NCBI GenBank assembly: GCA_036136335.1
Contig: JAYZQT010000007.1
Span: 21,262-85,261, forward strand
Direction: 5' to 3'
Length of the DNA stretch: 64,000 nt
From: Pseudomonadota bacterium
GTDB lineage: Bacteria > Pseudomonadota > Alphaproteobacteria > MPNO01 > UBA830
In this document: positions 9,106 to 17,199 of the stretch, in pieces
Layout of the letters: every line of letters starts with the position of its first letter
Position numbering within the stretch: position 1 is the first letter of the stretch
Notes under the pieces: generated by a model
Databases searched by the model: none
Seen by the model: only the letters and a program-made list of their open reading frames with translations
What the model was told of the DNA's origin: nothing
Program-made: the position numbers and the translations under genes

Positions 9106-10652
9106 ACCGCCTCCAGGAACGTCCAATCTCGATGGTCATCGGTGCACTCGGTGGAGAGGGCGGTGGCGTACTGACTACCTGGGTCGTGCGCGCGGCAGAG
9201 ATGTGCAGTTTTCCGACCCAGTCCACGTCAATCCCCGGGGTGGCGCAGCGCACAGGAGCCACAAGCTATTATGTTGAGATATACCCTGCTCCCCACGAGC
9301 AACTGGGCGGCCAGGAGCTGGTCATGGGCCTGTATCCGGCACCTGGGAATATGGACATCGTCGTAACCTCCGAGCTTATGGAGGCGGGCCGGATGCTGGA
9401 GAACGGCATGGTCACCCCGGACCGAACAACGTTAATCGCATCAACCCACAGGGTTTACTCCGTGGTGGAGAAATCGGCCATGGGCGACGGGCTGTTTCGT
9501 GCGGACAGGCTCGACAACGCCGCACAAAAACTCTCAAAACGGGCAGTCCTGTTCGACATGGCGACGCTTGCGGAAAAGGAAGGAACTGTTCTTAACGCCA
9601 TCGTGCTGGGCGTCATTGCGGGCTCAGGAGAATTGCCTATCCCAGTGGAAAACTTTTCGGAATCAATTCGTGAATCCGGAGTTGCGGTCGAATCAAACCT
9701 CAAGGGGTTTGAAATCGGCCTGTCCTACATGAGAGGCGAATTTGAGCTACCTGCGACACCACCGGAAAAGAAAACCCGGGCAGCCAAACCCAGTGCCAAT
9801 ACACTGATTTCACGAATTGCCGCTACATATCCAGCTGAAACACAAGCAACTGTGACAGAAGGCGTCAAACGTCTTGTAGACTACCAGGGCCCTACCTATG
9901 CGAAACTATATCTCGACCGCCTGGATCCAATCCTTGAATTGGACCGAGAGCGTGGAGGCGAAAGAAACAACTGGCTTTTAACACTCGAAACCGGACGTTA
10001 CCTAGCACTGACGATGTCTTACGAAGACATTATCCGAGTAGCAGATCTGAAGTCGCGACGCTCTCGCATGCAACGCGTGCGGGCTGAGGTCATAGCCAGG
10101 CCGGACGAGCCTGTCCGTGTGACAGAATTTCTAAAACCGGGCTTCGATGAGGTAACCTCGGTAATGCCGCCCTGGCTTGGAAGACCGATCATGAACTGGG
10201 CACGAGGAAACAATTGGGCAAAAGACTTCAACTTCGCGATGCGGGTTCGCAGTAACACAATAAACGGATTCTTCCGCCTCTGGGCTCTCTCTAAATTGCG
10301 ATTTTACCGCCCCAAAACATTCCGCTACGCAGAAGAACAAAATGCCATTAACGCATGGCTGGAAACCATAAAACAAGCAGCCAGCCGACACTACCAGCTT
10401 GCTGTTGAAATTGCGGAGCTTGCCAACCTCCGCAAAGGTTATTCAGATACCCACAAACGGGGCATCGAGAACTTCAAGCGCATCATGGAAGACATTGCCA
10501 TCCCCTGTTCAACTGCGTCGAAAGAACCTGACTGGGGTGCAAACGCAGTCAAACAGGCCCGTGCCGCCGCATTGGCTGACCCGGAGGGCGACGCCCTGAA
10601 CAAAACTATGGAAACACTTTTTAAGGAAACTTTGCCTAACGCGGCCGAATAA
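9102..10652 (+). CDS. iorB: Indolepyruvate oxidoreductase beta-subunit family protein with C-terminal extension
   Basis: ALGGEGGGVL and GVAQRTGAT motifs, MSYEDIIRVA, KGY; ATGA overlap with iorA. Confidence 0.85.
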   Translation: MNRLQERPISMVIGALGGEGGGVLTTWVVRAAEMCSFPTQSTSIPGVAQRTGATSYYVEIYPAPHEQLGGQELVMGLYPAPGNMDIVVTSELMEAGRMLENGMVTPDRTTLIASTHRVYSVVEKSAMGDGLFRADRLDNAAQKLSKRAVLFDMATLAEKEGTVLNAIVLGVIAGSGELPIPVENFSESIRESGVAVESNLKGFEIGLSYMRGEFELPATPPEKKTRAAKPSANTLISRIAATYPAETQATVTEGVKRLVDYQGPTYAKLYLDRLDPILELDRERGGERNNWLLTLETGRYLALTMSYEDIIRVADLKSRRSRMQRVRAEVIARPDEPVRVTEFLKPGFDEVTSVMPPWLGRPIMNWARGNNWAKDFNFAMRVRSNTINGFFRLWALSKLRFYRPKTFRYAEEQNAINAWLETIKQAASRHYQLAVEIAELANLRKGYSDTHKRGIENFKRIMEDIAIPCSTASKEPDWGANAVKQARAAALADPEGDALNKTMETLFKETLPNAAE

Positions 10653-10850
10653 ACAATTAACGCTTGCCCGCGGCTAAGACAACAACCAAGAATGTTTGAG
10701 TTGAATTATGGTATACGCCGCAGGAAACACGGTCTCCAAATCGATGAAAACTTCCCACCGAAAACCCAAGTTCCATGCCACCGAACATGAAACGAACCGA
10801 GGTTTCCATTGCACAAACGGTTGATCAAAGCATGTGCTGCGCTCTAGGCT

Positions 10851-12065
10851 TCAAGCGCTCTTTTGATCCAGATCAAACAGTTTAGCCGCATTCAACCCCA
10901 GAATGTTTCGTTTTGCCTGGTCGTCCAGAAACGGGAGGTCAGCAATCACCGTGGGCAGGTCAAAATCCCAGTGCGGCCAGTCGGACGCATACAGAAGCTG
11001 GGTTGGCGCATTAATTGAGTCAAAGGTTGCTTCTAGAAGTTTCATGTTAGTCCGTTCCATCGGCTGACATGTGAAATACATCTCCCCAATGTATTCGCTC
11101 GGCAAACGTTTGAGGTTAGGGGCTTCGGATGACCTCATCAGATATTCGCTATCCAACCTCTGTTGCATAAAAGGCAACCATGACAGGCCGGACTCAATCC
11201 AAACTACCGGCAGGTTGGGGAAACGTTCCGGTAGACCATTGATCACCCAGTTCGCCATGTGAACCATGTTGCAAAGGACAAACGAAATCGCGTGCATTGA
11301 TATAAACCGGTTTAGCTGGCCAACGTATCCATCGGTCGGCCAGTGCGGTCCAGCGTGAAAACCGAGCGGCTTTCCCGTTTCCTCAAGCATTCTGTACAAA
11401 CGCATATACTGATTGTGGTGTACCGGTTTATATCGAACCGACGTTACCATAAATCCCGCTACTTTGGGGTGATCAGCATAAGCCTCAACAATCCGTTCAC
11501 ACGCGGATGGTTCCGAGAACGGCAGATAAAGCATTGAGTGTATGCCGTCGTTGGTGGAGAGCACATTCTCGGTTAACCATTTGTTATACCCCTCTGCAAG
11601 TCCCACCTCTACTTCCACTTCGGGATGCAGTCCGAGAGACAGCATAGGGGTCGGAAATGTGATCTGATAATCAATCGCCATGCACTCCATTGCACGGCGA
11701 ATTAGAACAACATCGCGGGGTGTTCCATCCTCGACATTCACCACCTCTTCAAGACCCTGATCGTGCGTGACCCGGCCAGCGATGCTTTGGTTATTAGGAT
11801 AACCTCCACCCGTCATTATACCAGGGTAAAGCTGCCCGTTTCGAACGAAGCTTTGGGCAATCTGGCGAACGACGTCACTGGGAATTTCTGCAATTACCTC
11901 AGCCCACGACTGGGTTTCAAAATGGTGAGCATCAACATCCACGATAAGCCAGTCGTCCAGGCCCCGTTCTTCCACGGCCCGTTTGGCCCGCGCCAGCGTT
12001 TCGCGGGTATCCGATTTTTTTACAAGTTCCCCAAGCTCACGTGATGGTTCGATCCCGCTATCCAT
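10851..12065 (-). CDS. Amidohydrolase_2 family TIM-barrel metalloenzyme (possible dinuclear oxygenase subunit)
   Basis: DVDAH, GFHAG, WIESG, QPME and SDWPHWDFD motifs. Confidence 0.85.
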   Translation of the reverse strand: MDSGIEPSRELGELVKKSDTRETLARAKRAVEERGLDDWLIVDVDAHHFETQSWAEVIAEIPSDVVRQIAQSFVRNGQLYPGIMTGGGYPNNQSIAGRVTHDQGLEEVVNVEDGTPRDVVLIRRAMECMAIDYQITFPTPMLSLGLHPEVEVEVGLAEGYNKWLTENVLSTNDGIHSMLYLPFSEPSACERIVEAYADHPKVAGFMVTSVRYKPVHHNQYMRLYRMLEETGKPLGFHAGPHWPTDGYVGQLNRFISMHAISFVLCNMVHMANWVINGLPERFPNLPVVWIESGLSWLPFMQQRLDSEYLMRSSEAPNLKRLPSEYIGEMYFTCQPMERTNMKLLEATFDSINAPTQLLYASDWPHWDFDLPTVIADLPFLDDQAKRNILGLNAAKLFDLDQKSA

Positions 12066-12082
12066 TTTGATTCTCCACTTGG

Positions 12083-12931
12083 TTATTGTGCCATCAGGAC
12101 CGGTAGATCCGCATTCTGAAGCACATGACGTGTCACGCCGCCGAGTATAAGCTCCCGCAACCGGCTATGGGAATAGGCGCCCATCACAAGGAGATCGGCG
12201 CTAACACGCTCCGCTTCCTCGAGAAGCACCTCTCCTACCAGGCGATGGTCGGGGGCTAGTTCTACTACTTCAGCCTGAACTTCATGCCAGGAAAGATATT
12301 TTGCGATATCCTTGGACGAAGGACCAGGTTTTGCACCCGTCGTGACATTTACAATCGTCACCGAGCGCGCGAGTTCAAGTATCGGTAACGCCGCCGCAAC
12401 GGACCTTGCAGAACTTGCGCTGCAATTCCAACCAATTACGACGGCCTCACCAATGGTTAAGGGTCCGTCAGGTGGGGCAAACAGAACAGGTCTTCCTGTC
12501 CTAAACAGGGCTGCTTCCGCGGCAAGCTCGCCAACTGTGGCCCGGTCCGAGACAGGGCGGGCAACGACGACCATGTCATATGCGCCACCACGTGTCGCAA
12601 CAACCTCGGACGCACTACCTATTACGTTTTCCCATGATCCCGATGGAGATTCCGCGGGCAGGGCATTTTCCCGATATTCGATTTGGCGCTCCACAAGCAT
12701 CTCATCAAACCGCTGGCGTGCTTGTTTTTGCCTTTGCAAACGATCCCGATCGTATTCATTCCTCATCTGAACCTGTATGGATTCAAACAACCCCATTGCA
12801 CCGGAAGGTATTATTTCCGTTACATCGCCGCCCACAAATATACATTCCGCGTGTCCACCAAAAACATGTGCGATTAGTAGCGCGGTCCCAATCGCACCTT
12901 CGTCACAAGTAATATCTCCTACAGGAACCAA
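12083..12931 (-). CDS. Universal stress protein (two-domain, alphaproteobacterial type)
   Basis: GRPVL, IGWNCSASSARSV, LLVMGAYSHSRLRELILGGVTR. Start is uncertain (see findings). Confidence 0.88.
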   Translation of the reverse strand: MVPVGDITCDEGAIGTALLIAHVFGGHAECIFVGGDVTEIIPSGAMGLFESIQVQMRNEYDRDRLQRQKQARQRFDEMLVERQIEYRENALPAESPSGSWENVIGSASEVVATRGGAYDMVVVARPVSDRATVGELAAEAALFRTGRPVLFAPPDGPLTIGEAVVIGWNCSASSARSVAAALPILELARSVTIVNVTTGAKPGPSSKDIAKYLSWHEVQAEVVELAPDHRLVGEVLLEEAERVSADLLVMGAYSHSRLRELILGGVTRHVLQNADLPVLMAQ

Positions 12932-12992
12932 TATGTTTTTGATCGCCGCCGCTTTCTTCTCATGAGTCCAGCAGAAATTATAGTTTACCCTA

Positions 12993-13028
12993 ATTACGGT
13001 AATACGCGAGATTACGGTAATACGCGAG
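12993..13028. repeat. Perfect tandem duplication, 2 x 18 bp (ATTACGGTAATACGCGAG)
   Basis: Units read directly at 12993-13010 and 13011-13028. Confidence 0.95.
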
Positions 13029-13156
13029 CATTTAAAGAACCCGCAAGGGAGACACTCATGAGAACGAAGTGGAATTCGATGGAGGTGTTAGTCAGGAACC
13101 GGCACAAGGATCCAAGCCCTATTCTCTATGGACCGACACAAACAATTGCTTGTTAG

Positions 13157-13384
13157 TCAAATTTCCATCTTATAACTATCATCAGACCATTCAGGGGATT
13201 TCATGAAATACTTTAAGTTGGTACTCGCCACCGTGGAATCTATTGCCTTTGCGGGTAGAACCTCTACCCTGTCGACACGTATAAAAACGCAATCAGCGTG
13301 GCTACCAAAACAAAGTGCCGTCCCGATAGCACTTTCGTCGTAGGCTATATCTCCGACAGGCGCCAAAATTTTCTTGATCGCCAC
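13157..13384 (-). pseudogene. Truncated paralog of the adjacent universal stress protein
   Basis: MAIKKILAPVGDIAYDESAIGTALC----FGSHADCVF aligns with AAIKNILVPVGDITCDEGAIGTALLIAHVFGGHAECIF. Similarity fades after about 50 aa and the ORF stops at 75 aa. Confidence 0.8.
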
Positions 13385-13471
13385 AGATTTTCTCCAACGC
13401 GTGTTGGAGGGCTCAAGTTTACCTATTTTTCCTGGAAGACAGTCGGCATTTCCCCCAATCGGAATAACCGG

Positions 13472-14896
13472 CTAAATCAGCTTGGCGACCGCATCTTCTA
13501 CCACCGTGCCCTTGAAGTAATCCGGGTTGAGCCGCGTTGCGAAGGTGGCGGGGTTTGTGAACACAAAATCCTCGAAATCTTCCTCGGTCATCAAACCCTT
13601 TTCGACCGCCTCATAGGTCTCGCTGAGAATTTCGCCAAAATCGACCACGTCCCAATGGCCTATATCCGATGAAAACATGGCCTTCAGCTTGACGTCCAGC
13701 TTGTTGGCCTTGGTGTTGAAGGCGGTGTAGTTCAGGGAATCATCGGCCTCGCAGCCGAAATACAGATTGTCCACAAACAAATCGCGGATGTCCTCCTTAC
13801 AGGTAATGTCGAGATGTTTCCAGTCATCGACGAAAGCCGGCGTCTCGCCTGGTGCCGTGCGGCCGTCGCGCAAATAAGGTTCCTTGTTTTCCAGAAAGCG
13901 TTCGCCGGTCTGGCGTTCAGTGCCGTAGAGATCAAACATTTCCACGGAAAGCTCTACATCCCAGTTGGCGGGGTCGTGATATTCCAGAAGTCGGTCCACG
14001 TTGCGCTTTTCCCAGAACTCGAAAAGATCGTTATAGAGCGCGGCCGCCCACCAGACGCCGCCTTCCAGAAAACCGATATTGAGCTCGGGAAACCGGCGCG
14101 TGACGCCGGACAGGAACAAGGCGCGCGCCGCCGCATGGCCCGCCGTTGCAAACAGGCCGAGCCGGTTGAACACATAATTGCTGGGGGAGCCGTGAGGGCC
14201 GCCATAGTTGATGCTGTGGCCGGCCGGCGCGATTTTGAGCTCGACGCATTTGGCCCAGAACGGGTCGTAATCATAGGGGCTATCGAGCGCGAGTGGCGTC
14301 CAGTGCCGGGCATAATCGGCGAGCTCGGGCGCGTTGGCTACCACTTCCGGGTGCGGTCGCAATACCTCGTTGCAGGTCATGGCCGCCTGCATGCCCAGTT
14401 CCCTGACGGCAAATTCCAGCTCACCAATGGCTTCGTCCGGCGTATGCATGGGGATCAGGGCGGCGGGCCGCATGCGGCGGCTGACATCCTTGAAGATTTC
14501 CGCATTCATCATGTTCAGCGCGCGGGACGCCGCGGCACGGACTTCATCATCAGGCATCACCTGAATCCAAAATCCCAGCGTGCTGTAAAGCGTGCTGAAA
14601 TCGACGCCGGTCTCATCCAGACGCCTCTCATACAACCCCGGCAACATGGTGGCCAGGCGGTCGATGGTGTATTTGCCCGTATGGGCCTGCCAGAAATTGG
14701 ACTTGGCACCGCCTGGCCGTGAGGTTGCCAGCGCCTTGTCGAAACGCTTGACCAGATCAGATCCGCCGACCATTTTCAGAAAATCTGGCAGCACAAACCC
14801 GCATTCGATGATATGCGCATCGGCATCTATCACCGGATGCCCCAGCCGCGCGCGCAATTTCGACGATGCCGTTGATTTAACCTTATATTCACCCAT
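13472..14896 (-). CDS. Amidohydrolase family protein (long type), GC-rich gene
   Basis: IDADAH, GHS, FLEGG, FGCEADD and MFSSDIGHWD motifs. Confidence 0.85.
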   Translation of the reverse strand: MGEYKVKSTASSKLRARLGHPVIDADAHIIECGFVLPDFLKMVGGSDLVKRFDKALATSRPGGAKSNFWQAHTGKYTIDRLATMLPGLYERRLDETGVDFSTLYSTLGFWIQVMPDDEVRAAASRALNMMNAEIFKDVSRRMRPAALIPMHTPDEAIGELEFAVRELGMQAAMTCNEVLRPHPEVVANAPELADYARHWTPLALDSPYDYDPFWAKCVELKIAPAGHSINYGGPHGSPSNYVFNRLGLFATAGHAAARALFLSGVTRRFPELNIGFLEGGVWWAAALYNDLFEFWEKRNVDRLLEYHDPANWDVELSVEMFDLYGTERQTGERFLENKEPYLRDGRTAPGETPAFVDDWKHLDITCKEDIRDLFVDNLYFGCEADDSLNYTAFNTKANKLDVKLKAMFSSDIGHWDVVDFGEILSETYEAVEKGLMTEEDFEDFVFTNPATFATRLNPDYFKGTVVEDAVAKLI

Positions 14897-15019
14897 GATG
14901 TATCCTTTGCCTCATTATCGTTTTGTGACGATGACAGTACGCGGCACGCCCCAATTTCTTTTACTGTAAGAACACCAACGGTTCGGTATTATCGGTCAAT
15001 TTTCGTGGGTGGCTATAGA

Positions 15020-15033
15020 GGTGTGCATACACC
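15020..15033. promoter_or_regulatory. Candidate GntR-type operator GGTGTGCATACACC upstream of the amidohydrolase
   Basis: Near-palindrome with a TGCATACA core in the intergenic region; family assignment is inference. Confidence 0.35.
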
Positions 15034-15081
15034 CGGTCAATTGGTGTAAGCCATTTTTATGAAAAAAATTATTTTTCAACG

Positions 15082-15117
15082 TTTTTTGTATACCACACCT
15101 TTTTTGTATACCACACC
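15082..15117. repeat. Perfect tandem duplication, 2 x 18 bp (TTTTTTGTATACCACACC)
   Basis: Units read directly at 15082-15099 and 15100-15117; each contains TTGTATAC. Confidence 0.95.
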
Positions 15118-15211
15118 TAAGTTTCCTGCTCTGGCACATTTCTGTATATCCGCCCGCGGTTAGCATCTTTTGTTTCGTGGACAGAGGAGTTTTGAGTCAG
15201 GTGCATTCATA

Positions 15212-15808
15212 TCATTCCGGTGCCGTCCTCCTGAATGATTGGCGTTTAATGATATCGGCATACCAACTTGCCAGGTTAATGTAGGTTTCGGACCACCCTG
15301 GAACAATGTCTCGAAACTCCATGTAACCCAGCGCACAGGCGACCGCGATTTCACCCATTAAAGGTGGGTCGTTAAAATCGCTTGCCGCGTTATCCAAGAC
15401 CGAAAGCGCTGACTTTATTTTGCCTGTTTGGCGATCGACAATGTCTTGGGAACGCTTTTCGTTAGACCTTTGATTCTCTTGAGATACCACAATCACTACG
15501 TCGCTGAGACCATCGCCCAACGCCTCAAGCGTAAGAACATGCCATCGCTCTGGTTCAGATTTCGGTATTAAATCTCTACTACCGGTCAAACTGTCCACAT
15601 AGGCGCATATAACCGGAGAGTCACACACGATATCGCCTGCATCAAGGATCGCCACCGGCACTTTGCCGAGCGGATTGAAGTTTTGGATATCACCACGTGC
15701 CTCACGCGTGATTGTTTTCCATTCGACCTCATCATATAGGCCTGTCTCGAAAGCGACGACACGGACCTTTCGGGCGTACGGTGAATTATTTGTTACATAA
15801 CATTTCAT
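15212..15808 (-). CDS. Glutathione S-transferase family protein
   Basis: SPYARKV, NPLGKVP, DSPVICAY and IAVACALGY motifs. Confidence 0.9.
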   Translation of the reverse strand: MKCYVTNNSPYARKVRVVAFETGLYDEVEWKTITREARGDIQNFNPLGKVPVAILDAGDIVCDSPVICAYVDSLTGSRDLIPKSEPERWHVLTLEALGDGLSDVVIVVSQENQRSNEKRSQDIVDRQTGKIKSALSVLDNAASDFNDPPLMGEIAVACALGYMEFRDIVPGWSETYINLASWYADIIKRQSFRRTAPE

Positions 15809-16010
15809 TGTCGGTTCCCTATTTATTTTTGGACGTCTTTACCATGGCGTATTTTTGATTATCAATGACCTATGAGAAAAGAAGAGGTTTTCAAAGGCGA
15901 GACTTCGCGTCGACATCTATACCCCATTTCCTATGGATCGACACAAACGATCGGTTATGTTAATTAATTTTCGTTTTAAAAATATAACCAGACCTTTCAG
16001 GGGGGTTTTT

Positions 16011-16976
16011 ATGAACTACTTTAAACTTGTGTTTGGTGCTGCCGGGTGCCTCGCTTTTGCAACCACAGCCTCAGCCGCGACGGTTGGCATCGGTGCCACC
16101 AAAGCGGGTGCCGTTTCTCAGATAACAGCAACTATTTCCAAGGCCGTGTCTGAACACGCCCCCGGCGTCCAGATGCGACGGCAAACCATGGGCGGCACGC
16201 AACAATATATCCCGGTCGTTAATGCGGGAGAACTCGATTTTGGGATATCAAACATCTCTCAATTATACATGGCGCTTAAGGGGACAGGCCTGTCCAAGGG
16301 CAGCAAATACGATAACCTTCGGATGGTCACCACGATGATGAAGTTTACAATATCTGTTGTTGTACCCAAGAAGTTGGGTATCACCCATGTTTCCCAACTC
16401 AAAGGGAAACGAATGGGCGTTGGTTTTAAGGGTGCACCGCTTTTCGTGAATATTTTCAACGGCTTTCTGGCAACGGGAGACCTGACCCAAGCGGATATCA
16501 AACCGGTCCCCCAGGTAGGGCTCGTCCAACATTGGCGTTCGTTCATGGCTGGCAAACTTGATTTCGCGTGCGCCGCTGCTGGATCGGGATTTGTCAAGCA
16601 GATGCAGGCAAAAATTCCTGGTGGTATTCGTCATCTTGGCTTTCCAACGGGCGACGCTTCCTTAAAGAAATTGCATAAACATTTTCCTAAAACAGAATTT
16701 TCCATCGTTAATCCCAGAAAAGGTCTGACGGGTGTTACCGAGCCAACCAACATGGTGACATATGATTACTTATTGTGGACCCACAAGAATATGTCTGACG
16801 AGATCGTCTATAAAGTGACCAAGGTCATGCACACGCAGGAAAAACAGTTAAAAGAAGGCGGACCGCTATGGCGTTCGTTCCAGGCGAACAAACGGCTGGC
16901 CAAACAATTTGGCAGCGACGTGCCTTATCACCCTGCAGCAATCAAATACTATAAGGAAGTTGGCTTCCTGAAATAA
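16011..16976 (+). CDS. TAXI-family TRAP substrate-binding protein
   Basis: Signal peptide, GELDFG, LKGKR and C-terminal PYHPAAIKYYKE; followed by a fused 4TM/12TM permease. Confidence 0.9.
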   Translation: MNYFKLVFGAAGCLAFATTASAATVGIGATKAGAVSQITATISKAVSEHAPGVQMRRQTMGGTQQYIPVVNAGELDFGISNISQLYMALKGTGLSKGSKYDNLRMVTTMMKFTISVVVPKKLGITHVSQLKGKRMGVGFKGAPLFVNIFNGFLATGDLTQADIKPVPQVGLVQHWRSFMAGKLDFACAAAGSGFVKQMQAKIPGGIRHLGFPTGDASLKKLHKHFPKTEFSIVNPRKGLTGVTEPTNMVTYDYLLWTHKNMSDEIVYKVTKVMHTQEKQLKEGGPLWRSFQANKRLAKQFGSDVPYHPAAIKYYKEVGFLK

Positions 16977-17030
16977 AGGCTGAACAATCTGGCTGTTTAT
17001 CAACATTTAAACCGGTCAGTTTGAAAATAA

Positions 17031-17075
17031 AGAGCGTCCGCGTCCGGTCGATTGGAGGCGGGCGCTCTATTTGTT
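17031..17075 (+). terminator. Stem-loop downstream of the TAXI gene (terminator or mRNA stabiliser)
   Basis: AGAGCGTCCGC (17031-41) pairs with GCGGGCGCTCT (17058-68) with one G-U pair, followed by ATTTGTT. Confidence 0.55.
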
Positions 17076-17199
17076 CTCCTATCGATGATCTTGCAAGGTG
17101 CGGACCTTTTTGTTCATATAAGTTTGGAACCATTTCAAACTATTCGTTAAGGACAACGCCACAAGAGGCTAAAAGGTGTCTTTAGAAACTTAAACCGGA

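Noticed and set aside
13814-14722. 302-aa plus-strand ORF
   Set aside because: Antisense shadow of the GC-rich amidohydrolase with no recognisable motifs.
12993-15117. The 18-bp repeats as a CRISPR array or an IS target-site duplication
   Set aside because: Only two adjacent units each, no spacers, different sequences at the two sites, and no cas or transposase gene.
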